DNA from: Amoebophrya sp. A120
Lineage: Eukaryota > Protista > Dinoflagellata
Reading direction: 5' to 3'
Length of the DNA: 64,000 bases
Assembly: GCA_905178155.1 (NCBI GenBank)
Contig: CAJINV010000021.1
Span: 287,760 to 351,759, forward strand
The notes under the pieces were generated by a model, which saw nothing but the letters and a program-made list of their open reading frames with translations, did no database searches and was not told the DNA's origin. Both the position numbers and the translations under genes were made by a program. Shown one piece after another: positions 13,595 to 25,700 of the stretch (position 1 is the first letter of the stretch; each line of letters starts with the position of its first letter).

Positions 13595-14350
13595 ATGATG
13601 CGCCCTGGGGCGAGCAGCGCGAGCGCAGCAGGAGCCCCGGTAGGGAACAATGCGTGGTTGAGCAGAATCATGAGGACAGTCGCGATTGCTCTGCTCAGCG
13701 CCGGCGGCATCACAGTCACTCCCCCAGTAGGCGTCTCCGCAAAACTGCAGAAACTTCGCTTCAACCTGAAGCGGACAAAGCAAAAGCAGCTGCTCGCGAA
13801 CAAGAGGGTCAAGACCGTCCCGGCACCTGGTTGCACCTGCGCGGAATGCGAACAGGGCATGCTGTCTACTTGCATGGCAAGTTACCCCGAGGGCGTGGTG
13901 AACACCTGCGTCGCCCGCTACGAAATGCGCTGCGTTCTCCCCCAAGGAGATCCCATTCTGCAAACGGACAAGGTGCACGATGCCGCAACCATGGCAGGTA
14001 CGAAGGCGAGCGACTGGGTTGGCGCTGAGGTGCCGATGAGCGAATTTTGCCTCTACGAGTGCCGCCCGCAGCAGAAGGCCTGGCCCGCGCGAGCCGACCG
14101 CCCGAGCGAATGGAAGCCAGCAAGATGTATACGTGGTTGCTCCTACTTCACAATATCCGAAAATCGAAAAATCAACTGAGATGTGGGTGAATTAATCATG
14201 AAAACGAATTTCATGATGTTGACCCTGCCACCTCTAATCTACATAGGTACCGCCATCGGCACACTCCGTGGTGGACAGCTGGCTGCGGCGAAGAATGGAG
14301 CAGCGAAATCGGAGATTGACCTGTGCCAAGGAGATCCCGAGTCGGCATAA
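13595..14350 (+). CDS. Small Cys-rich, possibly secreted hypothetical protein
   Basis: ORF 13589-14179 with a hydrophobic N-terminal segment and several Cys residues. Probable intron near 14127-14246; 3' exon frame uncertain. Confidence 0.45.
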
Positions 14351-15317
14351 AAGCATAAAATTTTCTTCCTTGTGGATTTTTTTCTGACGAATGATCGCAT
14401 CATCTTTCATTATGGCACTGGGGCTGGCCGGGTCCAGCACAGAAACGTGTGAGATGTGAGATCAGACGAGGACAAATGAGATGAATGTGAACTTCTATGA
14501 TCATCAGCTAGTGCGACGGGGACGGCTACCTACGTGCCAAAATCATGCAAATGAAAAAAAGAGAATGAACATTGGAGCGTTCCTATGCAGCGATTCTTTT
14601 CTGCACAAGCGCAGGCGCGGGCGTGGCCACCTCGTTCCGCTTGCTTATCTAAACGAAGAATAACAAAGACAGGCAAGTAGCGCTGCACTGTGTTTCTTTC
14701 AGATCACGCTAACAAGCAGCACGTTAAGTGATGAAATAAAGATGTTGAAGATCGTCTAGCCCATTTTGCCGCAGGAAGCAATCTCGTAGATCTTATTCAT
14801 TTTTTTCTTTTCGGATGCAAGTTCAGCGTCAGAAGAACAAGTAAGATCCATGCGATAACGGAGTTAGACAGATCAAAGCTTGTAGAGGATCGCAGGAAGG
14901 AAGCCGGATCATGATGGAAAATGCGTCCTCCATTTGCATTTTTCGCTGGAACTGGATCAATTTCCGTTTGGCATTGGCTTTCCTATTTCTTGTAACCGCG
15001 GACGCGAGCATCGTGAAGAAGCAATTTTAGGCTGCAATAGTAGATCAGCATATTATTCTGCTTAATATCTCTCAACCTCATCTGCACAGCGAACTACTTG
15101 AACAAGCATGAAGTACAAGTAGAATTATCCAGCGGAGAAGGAGATTATATATGATTTTACGGATGATAAGGTAAAGCTTCAGAATAACTTGTGCGCCGCG
15201 TATTTTACTTCTGCGATGATCTACATTTTTGAGGCTTCCGCTATTCTAAAAGTCTAACGTTATTCTCTTTCTCTTCTTCAATTTCATTTTCAAGCGACAC
15301 AAAACAAAGCCGAAACC

Positions 15318-15759
15318 ATGGGCAAGGGTAAGGCGAAGGGGAAGCAGAGTACGGTCTTCGAGGTCGAGAAGTACCACAACCAAATGGTGCATGTGAAATT
15401 CACCGGCGGCAGAGAGGGTACAACTGTTAATCATGCACGACAGATGATCAGTTTTTCTTTTTTCCTTTTCCCGCATGACAAACTGATTTTTGCTTCTTGA
15501 AATGAAAATATTGTAAATTGATGAATGCATAACCACAACAGTGAAGGGCATACTAAAAGGCTTCGATCCGGTTGTGAACGTGGTTCTCGACGAGGCAGAA
15601 GAATTTAGACGAGACCCCAAGGACCCAACCAGGGTACTGGAAGAGACGAGAAAACTCGGGCTCATCGTCTGCCGCGGACCGTCCGTTACATTAATCAGTC
15701 CGCTGCCGCAGGTCATCTCGCAAGAAGAACTGATGAAAGCCGCGGAGAATAACGCATGA
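15318..15759 (+). CDS. LSM7: U6 snRNA-associated Sm-like protein LSm7
   Basis: VKFTGGREV|KGILKGFDPVVNVVLDE...TRKLGLIVCRGPSVTLISP matches the LSm7 Sm fold. GT-AG intron 15418-15541. Confidence 0.9.
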
Positions 15760-16150
15760 TCATGATGATTTTTAACCCCGTGGTCGTGGTTTAGAACCGG
15801 CCAAGCTGTGACACGTGTTATTGACCACGTGAATTTCAAGAACGAAAAGTAATTTCCAAGAAACACGCGCGACGAAAAAAAAAGAAAATATTTATTGCCC
15901 CACCACAGCTTCGCTTTCTATAGAACAAGTGGATGTGGAAGATCCTTTCTTTCTGACTGTGTTCGCAAGAGAGGAGCAATGAGGACCTTGTTGAATTGAA
16001 TGGAAGTCCACCGTTGTTCCGGAAAACAGCTTGCGGTCTTTCGCGAAGTAGATTGCAATTACTCGCACTGAAAAACTCTATGTATGAGGAGGTGCTGACT
16101 GAAGTCCATCTGGAGATCTTCGGCGATTCGAGATCTCGCGACTAGCGGAT

Positions 16151-16205
16151 TGGCGTTTGCGGATCTTTTTTCTCGCGACGATAACCTGGCGTTTGCGGAT
16201 CTTTT
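16151..16205 (+). repeat. Direct repeat tggcgtttgcggatctttt x2 upstream of the giant gene
   Basis: Two 19-bp copies at 16151 and 16187. Confidence 0.6.
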
Positions 16206-16777
16206 CCTTCTTTCACGTAACATTTATGAATGCATTTGCGACATCGGGAGATCGAGATTTTATTCCGAATTCCTTCGTTTCTCTTCGCGTTTTTTTGACT
16301 GACGGGGCCTTTGTCTGCATGCTACCACCAGAATGTAACAGTATTTACTGTCGCGCACGCGCTCAAGCTCAAAATAAATCAAACTCAAAACACAAATACG
16401 ACTACCAGGCCGCGCGTTTGATGCGCTCGAGCTTATGCAATTCTGTCTCGTTGTCGTTCTTCTTGATAGTTGACTTTGCCTTAACGAGTTGCAGTTTTTA
16501 CTTTTTTTTCTTTGGAGTACATCATCTCGATGTCACAGCATGTACTCTTTGATTGATCATATTTTACTACTCTTGCAAAAAAAACAACTGTTGTCTCTGA
16601 TTCCAAAGCTCGACGTCTTTTCGCATCCCAAGCAGGCAGGGCGACCGTTACTGTCCCGTCCGTATAATTTAACCATGCGGTAGTGGTAGAGGTGGACTGG
16701 AGGATCAGGGCAGATATACCACGTAACAAAATAAGACGAGAAAGCGAAAGCCAAATATCAAAACGAAGCCGATCACG

Positions 16778-19700
16778 ATGGTACAAAAATACTACCTCAA
16801 CTTCGAGAGCCAGCACTGGGTTTCCCGCGGGTGGCTTACGTTCAAAGCAGCTTTTTTTTCGGTGACGCTGCTGTTGCTTAGTAGTTGCAGCGTACTTGTT
16901 CGGGATGCCAGTGCAATAAAGTCCTCCGCGCGGCTGCGTACCAGCAGTGAGCCCGCAGCTTCTACTACCGCTCGCAGGGGGGGAGATGAGCATGAGGATG
17001 AACCGGTTTACCAATTTTTTCACACAGCACCAGGAGAGCCGATAGATGTACCAACGGTCGAGGAGCCGTCAACTTCGACACTGCGCTTGTTGCAACCTCC
17101 CCCGGCAGTTGTAGAGAACAATGCCGAGGACCAGCAGGAGCAGATGCCAACGCCCCGAGGACGTGAAGTGGGTGAACCTGGAGCGCGACGACGCTGGTCG
17201 TCCATGTCGCAATCTCCGGAACCGGTAGTTGCAGGTCCGCTGGAACAAGAACTACACCACCACACGCAAGAGACCACATCAAGAAGGCCACCTTCGCTGG
17301 GCCCATCTCCGGCGGAAAGCCCCGAAAGGTGGTTCGGCCCGGTGGACCTGGTGTGGTTGGGCCAGGAGCCGTCTCTAGCGCATGATACTACATCTGCTGG
17401 ACGAGGAGGACGAGGTTCGAGGAAGTTCATCAAAAATCGAGCACCCCCCTCCCGCGGGGTGGCGGGGGGGCGAGATGATTTGTCTGCGTTTCGGCTAGTA
17501 GCGGCCCGCCCCATTTCTGCAAGCCTTTCGGCCCGGACCAGCCGCGACTCCTTCCCGGGAGGGTAGAAAGGCCAAGCGCGCATCTGCCGCGCAAGTATTT
17601 CGCCTTTGGCGCAACTGGCTCGGGGGCTCGTTTACAAACAAGGCCGGCCAAACCTCTACAAAGGCGACAGGCGGCGCCCAGGGGCCCCCCTCCAGGGGGG
17701 TGCCTGAGGGGGGTACTTTTTTTGGATCCCGAAATCGGCCATTTTAGGTCGGGGGAAGGAACGCCAAGGGGGGTGCTTTTTGGGGGTGCTTTTTTTTGGG
17801 CAAAAGGGGGGGCCCTTGGATTGCCCCCGCGGCGCGACTTTCCAAGAGACGGCCATTGCTCATTGGATCCGGAAAGACCTGGCCGCAGAATGCTTAAAGT
17901 ATTGTCGTAGTGCTGCTCTGCGTGGTGACGGAAGACGAAGGCCGAAGCCGGCGGCGCTTCCGGTTGTGTGGGACCCACTGAGCAAAGCCGCCACATAGAT
18001 GAAGCCTACCCGAGCCAAACGCCTGTCCCGTGAGCCCACGGGAGGGGGGTGCTCGATTTTTGATGAACTTCCTCGATTTTCCTTGTCTAACTCTAGCGCA
18101 TGGTACTACATCAGCTGGACGAGGAGGACGAGGTTCTAGTAAAGCGACGAGTACTAGATCTTTTCTGAAGCTGGACGATAGACTCCGCTCTTCAGCACGA
18201 GATGAACCGGGGCGACAACAGGGGGGAGGGCACCATGGCTTCTCGTCTAGGCCTTCTACTAGTCGCGGGACGAGTACCCAGGGTGCTGATCATCACGACC
18301 AGTATGTTGGCGGGCAGATGGAGAAGCAGAGCCAGGATGCCGGAAAGACGTTCTTTTTCGGTAGTGGCACGCGGTTCACTGTTCCTGGAACTTCTTCACG
18401 TTCGCAACAGCAGCAGAAATTGCAAGGCGCCTATCATACGGACACGGCCCAACCACCCGTTCCCGTGGCGCCCGACGACCTGCATGGAGAGAGCCGTGCA
18501 GGTGTTGAGCTCCGCGAAGGTCGTGTGGGCTGGGATGCGGTCGAGAAATCGATAAATGCTTCCCCGTCCTCGGGAGGAGCTAGTACCTCACCATACGATC
18601 ATCATTACGAGCCATCTTCCAATGGCATGCACACCTCGCAGCACTCGTGGAACCCGAATGCGCCTGCCTTCAACTGTGCATATCATGATGACACGAGTGC
18701 CGCTGTTTCATCAGACCAACAACTTCGATACCAGCAGGAGCAGACGGCGCAGATAATGATGCAAATGCAATCCCAAGCCCAAGCGCAACAAGCGCAGATC
18801 TCGCAAGGGAACGGACCTTTGCACATGGGGATGGCCCTGCCTATGGCGATGCCAGTGCCTGCGCAAATGATGCAAATGAGCCCAGGAGTAGCTACACGAC
18901 CTAGCGCTGCTATGCCATGTATGATGAGCGGGCCCGCCCCGGTGCAGCAGATGATGGCTGCAGCTACTAATATTGCTGGAGGACCCACGATGCTGGGTAG
19001 TAGAAGCATAGCGCAACAACTGCAGCAAGAACTGCCCGCGCAACAACACCAACAACTGCAAGGAAACAGCCAAAATGGCAACTACGCTCCCCAGTTTCCC
19101 GCGATTGCCATTCACGGCAACATGGTGAAGTTGCCTGACGGCCGGAGCGCCCTCCTCATTCCGCTAGGCGGAAATGGTACAAACGCAACATCTACTTCTT
19201 CTACTCCCGGTGGTGCAGCTGTTGCTGGTGGTGGGCTAACGCTGAGTGGAACTGCTGGAATGAATCCGTCTACTTTATCGGGCGGAGTAATGCAGCTTGG
19301 TAATGGGGAACACGGTCCCGCTTCCGCCGCGTATCCAGCAGCTTTTGAAATGCAAAACGAGACTGTCAGAAATGTCGGCAAACTAAATCAGGGTAGTCTT
19401 GGTTTTCCAATGAATAAAGGTCAGCCCCAAGAAGAACACGCTGCTCTGCCCGCTTGGGGAGCGCAAGAACAGTTCAACACGGAACTGTTTCCATCTCCAA
19501 GCAACTACGCACATCAGCGGAGCCAGAGCCAGGCTGGAGCTCAAGACAATCACAACGTTGTTTTTGCGGCTGCACGAGAGGATGACGCTGAGCAGACCTT
19601 GAAAGAGAAACACGAGCGCTTCGTTGCCTACGGAAAGCAGATCCAGGACGAGTTGGAGTACATGCAGGGAATGCTGCTCAGCACAGCCGATAAAAACGTG

Positions 19701-22700
19701 AAAGACGAAGACAACAACTCTCGTCAAGCGCAAGCAGAACTGCTGGCTGATCATCCTGAAGCTACAAGAACTACCGGGGCTGGTCGTGCTGGTTGGGAAG
19801 TACACGCTAACGCCGCAGGAAGCAGAACCGGTGCAGCAGCACGAGCTTCGGAAGTTTGCGAGCACGATCATGGCCGGGAGGGCAATATTGGTACAACTAG
19901 TACTTCTTCTTCATCTCATCTACTCGCGGACGTTGCGTCAGCCTCTTCACTCGACCACGCTCCCGAACAAGCAAAGACTAGCGACGAGGACAAGGTCTTC
20001 AAAGATTTAGAGAACGACATTGCACCAGGAGCAGCACCGGTGGCTGCACGTGTGCAGCAACATGCTACATCTCCCGACGGAGCTGCAGTAGACCAAGCAG
20101 CCAACATCCTCGAAAAACAACTTTTGACCACTGAGCAAGCTGTTTCGCCGGAACTGCTGAGACAGTTTGCAGAAGAAGACCTCCGAGCTGCGGAACAAGC
20201 AGCGGCAAAAGCAGCGCCTGCCGCTAAAAGTTGGGCGTCTATGCTGAGAACGACCACGACGGGTTCGAAAATAAATCCTGGCACATTAGCAGGAGCAAAA
20301 GCAAAAGGGACAACTCCGAAAGCAAAACCGAAACCAGTGCTAGACCCTTTTATGAGCCTTTTGCGACCAAAACCGAAGGAACCCTCGTTCCGAGTTTCGC
20401 GTAGCGAGGTTGTACACACTCCGCATGCAGCACAGGCAGCAAGCAGGTTCATGCCAGCAAAACCGGCCAAGACAAATACGCCGACTGGATCTTCTTCAGG
20501 AGCCGGAGCAAGTCCAGGGGGTCTTGCTGGGAAAGAAGATCGGAACAAGATGAGCTCGCCAGAAGCACAAAGTATTGCTCAGGACTTTCCCGCAAAAGTG
20601 AATACGAACCGGCCTAAAAATGGCCCGCCGACACTGCAGCAGCAAGTCGAGGAACAAAATGGTGGAGGCAAGCTCAGCAGCCCAAGGACAACTACACATC
20701 AAACTGAACCGCAGATCAAGCTCGCAGTCGATTCAGTGCTTGCCGAGATGCAGGATCTGGCGCAGAAACGGGGTCTTGCTGTATCGGAACAGATCAAAGA
20801 GGAGGGTTCAGAACTACAACCACCTACCGAAGCCGAAACTTCTGAGGTTGTCGATAAAAATCTAGCCGAAAAGTTTGAAGCTGCGATGAAGATTGAAGAT
20901 ACAACCGCTGCTCATCTTGATGATAATGTTGAATACGAAGACGACGGCGAGAAAAGTGCCGACATTGCCTCCGAGCGGTCGGGGGTTGCAAGCACTGCTG
21001 CCGGGTCGAACTCACGGTTGTTGGAACTCGACACACTCACGTCAACTCCGGTCCATCGGCAGCAAGAACAGTCGCCATATTATTCCGGTCAGCACTCTCC
21101 GCTGCTTTTAGCCCAGCAGCACGACACGGCAGTATTACCATCGCTGCCGACGTCGAGCACCAGTGCGACCGCGAGTCCGCCATCCTCGTCGCCATTGCTC
21201 GCCGCACAGCGCAGTCCCGTGTTGGGTTGTCAGCTTGAGCGTGGTCGTGGTCCACTGTTAACAAGGACGAGTAACAAATCCCAATCCGCAGGATCTTCCT
21301 GCTCAGATATGCAGCTGCTTATTGAACAAGAAAAGCAAACGCTACCGGAGGACAGCGGACAGGCGAACGGAGGAGTGGATAATGCAGCGCTCGACGATCG
21401 CTATCGCAAAGAGGAGCAAAAGCTCTTTCAATTTGGTGCCACGGAAGGAGAGGGAGAAGCTGAGATACCTCCACCTGGAAGCGCGTCGGCACCAGGCTCC
21501 GTCCCGGGGAAGAGCACTGCGGCTGACGCGGTGGGAGCTGCAAGCTCCTCTGCAAATAGAAATACAAGTACACGAGGACCGGCAGCTGCACCTGCACCAG
21601 GGAAAAAATTGAGCAAGGGCCAGAAGAAAAGGCTAAATAAGAAGCGAAGTGAGGGAGAGAAGGCACAACTTGCAGGAACAGAGGTGCAAGAAAATGAGGA
21701 AGTCGAGGCGGATGGAACAACAACTTCTTCTGGGGAGCTTCTTGGGCAACAGTTGACGACCGCTGACGGCGTCGACCTTGATGCTGAGGGTGGAGATCAT
21801 GCTGCGGTCATGGTGCCAGCCCCGCTGGTAGTGGAAAGCGCAGAACAAGAAGAAGACGACAACTACCCTGGTGAAGCCGAACCGGAGCCCGAGGCCGATA
21901 ATTGCGAAGACGAACAAGGCTCGCCCTGCATATTATCGCACCCTCATTCATCAGGACCGGTGTTAGATGGCGACCGGGCTGCAGAAGCAGATGGCCTTCA
22001 AGTTGGACATGACAAAGCCGGAGCAAAAGAAGCTTCAAAATTGGAGGTTGACGATGACGGCCCGAGTCCAGGAGTTCTTGGCGAGTCCCCGTCCGCAGAA
22101 CAAAATATTAACTTGCCCGCGACTCCTTCTCCACCTGCGGCAACGAAGAGGCGCCGCGCAAAGCAAAAAGGGAAGCGTCAGGGAAGACTAGGAGACGAGG
22201 TGGACCACGAGCAAGCGGAACAAGAGGAGCAGGAGGAAAAAGAGCCACATACGGGGGCAAGTACACGACCCATTGCGTCTGAACAAGTAGAACATGCTTC
22301 TGCTAATGCTCCGGCACAAGAAAATCAACGCCCTTCTCCAGCGGTCACAAACGACAAGCCACACCTACAGACAGTAGCAAATAATCCCAGCAAGCCGGCC
22401 ACGCCGTCGGCTCTTTCGGGAAGCCCCCTCAAGGGCGCGAAACAGAAAAAGAAGCCAGGTAAATCCAAAAAGGCCGGCACAAGTGGTGTCGCACCGCCGC
22501 ACCTAGACGGCATTGACTCTGGGGAGGAAAGCTGGGAGAACGACGTGGATCTGCGGCCGGGGCAGTGCGAAAAATTTCTCGCGAAACTGCGCGCGCTGAT
22601 TGTCGACGCCGAGAAGGTTGCGAAGGCCGTTCCGGTGCCCTTCAACTCGGCGCGGAAGCAGGAAATGGAGTTTGAAACGCAGCTGTTGCGGGAGCGGGAA

Positions 22701-25700
22701 GTTTTTTTCGCCACCTACTGCCACGACGACGATGACTTCACGCAGATTCGGCAAATCGTGTTGGAACGCATTCTGAGCCAGGTCCCCTCACACACCGCGG
22801 ATTTTATTCTGTGGAAAACCATGATTGAAAATTTCCTCTCCGACGAGATGCTCTTCGGCCACACGTGGACGACGTTTCTCCAGGCCTCGACCCGGGTCTG
22901 GCTGTATGGGCAGGGGCTGGCGAACTACGAGACCGACTTCGCTTTGTCCCGAGATTTCGTAGAATCCTACCTGAAAAACGTCCGCGGGATCCACGACGAA
23001 CCGGTCGGGGCAAAGAAGATCATCTTGCCGTCCGCCGAGGAACTGCTGACATCCGCTCTTTCCGGCAAACCGGCGACGGAGAGCTGCGAAGATTTTTTAA
23101 CCAAAGCCCCGGGGAAACTGACGGAGCAATTCTCTTCAGCACGATACCTTCATAGTCAACATACGGGCTCGACAGGAGATGATCTTTGCTCGTCCGCCAG
23201 TCGTGAGCAAGGGTCTTTGTCCAAAACATACCTTGCGGTCGACCTGCAGCCTTGGCAGTACAGTTTTGATCCTGTTCATTTCGGGTTGTTCATACACGCC
23301 CACCGGGCACTCCACGAGCCGACGAGTAGTGGTCCGGGACTAGTACTAGGGCCAGAATCTCCTTCAAAAGCTGTCACTTCTAAAAGCAATGTCATTCGCA
23401 CCTACCGTGCGTTCCCTGCGGAAAAACCGATTACCCTGTCGGACATGCAGAGCGGCGCCTTTCCGGATGAGCACGTCCCGCCGTCCGCGGAACAGGCTGC
23501 GCAACTGGGCAACGCACGCTACAACACCGCGATGCCCTACGTCGAGCTGCACCACGTCCATCCTTCGTGGAGCCCGGCCATGCACTCGATCATGCTGCGC
23601 GTGTTGCACCGGCACATCCTGCGGAAAGCGCCGATCCCGCCCCCGGGCGACACCTCCGCCAACGGACTTAGTTCAGAGAGCACGCTTGGGGAGTTGCTGC
23701 ATTACCGAGGTGCGCGGTCTGTATCGGTCCAGCTGAAAGTGATTCCGTTGGAGCAGGTAACTGTTACGACTGGCGGGACCACATCGGGAGGTCCGCGCGG
23801 AAGGAGTAGACCGGAGGAGCCATTTGTGTCCGGAGACAGCTGTACTCTGGACAACCAAGTGGGCGAGGAAGTACGCTGCGGCCCAGAGGATGCAAGGGCA
23901 GGAGCAGCTTCTTCCAAAACTAGGAAAAAGAGAACGACCGCAACAAACACTAAGGCTGCTGGTGGACAAGAAGAAGATGAATCTTCGCAGGGAGACGCTT
24001 CTACTTCTACAAATAGAAGCGATGTGGACCACCACGTCGAAGTGAACCCGAAGGAGCAGGGAAAGCAGCAGACGATTTACACGGTTTCTGAAGCCAAGGT
24101 GAAAATCCACTACCACCGGTTCCGCAACGTGGAGCTCGCCGCAATCGACGCGCAATCCGAAGAATATGTGCTGCGCGCAGTGAACGCGGCTTTGCACAGT
24201 GACGAGACGATCTTCATGCTGTGGCTGGGCTACCGCACGTACCTGATGCACCAGGAGCACGATATCAATGTGGAAGTGGACAGCGGCCGCGTGGTGGCCT
24301 CGCAGGTCGTGGCGGCTTTGCAACATTTGCAGCAGAAAAACGCAACTGGTGGGGCTGGTGAGGCTGGAGGGGCCGGACAACAACAGCGTGGTCGTCTTGT
24401 CCCATCTAGAAGTCCTTCGGAGGGCAATAAAATCGACGCAGACCAGCAACGCGCCCATAATCTTCTGGAACAACAAATGCAGAAACACAGCGAGGAATTT
24501 TTTCTCCTGGATAGAAGGGTTTCGGTTGACGTCAACAGCACCGAGTTGGGCGACGTGAGCCCGGAGCAGATTCGACAGATCAACGAAACTCTGCTGCGGG
24601 GCGGCAACAGCGCTGGTGTTACAGAAGGAGAGTCGAGGACATCTGAGAAAAGCAGAAGCAACAGTACCTTGCTCGAAAAAATGCAGGACCAGCACAATTT
24701 CGAAGACGGTAAACCTTCGACAGCAACGCAATTCGCTGCGGCCGTGTTACGCATGAACAATGGTAAAAAGACCGGCAACTGTGACGGCGTGCGATGTTTC
24801 TCGAATGGTAAAGAATCCGCATCTAGCGCGGCGACGGACACGGAAGTGCTAGCCAGCTCAGGACAGGATCACCAAGAACCTCACTCGGATGAGCGGACCG
24901 CTAAGCAGTCACCTCCCGCTGCCTCGGCGCAGCCGCCAGCTGGTATTTCGTCCACCAAGTCTCGGTTTACGAATGTAGTGATAGCGGTGAGTGACATGTT
25001 GCGCTGCTTCTCGGGCGAGGAGGACGATGATCAGTATGTGGAATCTTTGCTGCTGAACGGCAGTCCACACAGGTTGCGCGAAATGGAGCTGATTCTTCTG
25101 GTTTACACACAGCAGCTCGACGCGGACCCGTCGGCGGTTTTAAAGCAGCACCGGGAGACCGCGCAGATGTGCTACGACCACCTGCGAAGCGTGCGCACCG
25201 GCGGGTTCTTCCCGGCATTGTTCCAAGGCGGGCGGAACGCGGATCCGCCACCGGTGCTGCCCTCCTTCGAAGAATTGAAAGCCCGGTCCGGGTCGGCGGT
25301 GGTTTACGACGAAGGGAGTTCAGTGGACATGCTGTTGTGGCGGGATGGCATGCGGCAGAAAAAAGCGAAGCTGGAGGTGGAAGAGGAGAAAAAGAAGGCG
25401 GACGAAGCAGCAGGAACTGATCGTGATTCATCCAAAGAGAAGAAGGATGTCGAGATGTCAGGTGGAGGCGTTGAAGGTAGCGCTGTTGAGGCTACTACAA
25501 CTCGAGCTCCTAGTTCCACCGCTCCCACGGGGGAACAAGTCGCAGACGACGACGACCCCTTTTTCTCGGAGTCGTCGGTCCTCTACATGCAGCAACTGCG
25601 AGCGCTGAAACCTCTCTTAACCGAGCTCGCCTCGCGACAGCTGGCAACCCTCGGTTTCCCGTGGCTCATCGCGGCGCGCGAAGATTCCCCGTCCTGGCGC

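Noticed and set aside
14754-14776. Relic dinoflagellate spliced leader (tagcccattttgccgcag)
   Set aside because: Only a partial match to CCGTAGCCATTTTGGCTCAAG with several mismatches, ~550 bp from the next start codon. Chance cannot be excluded.
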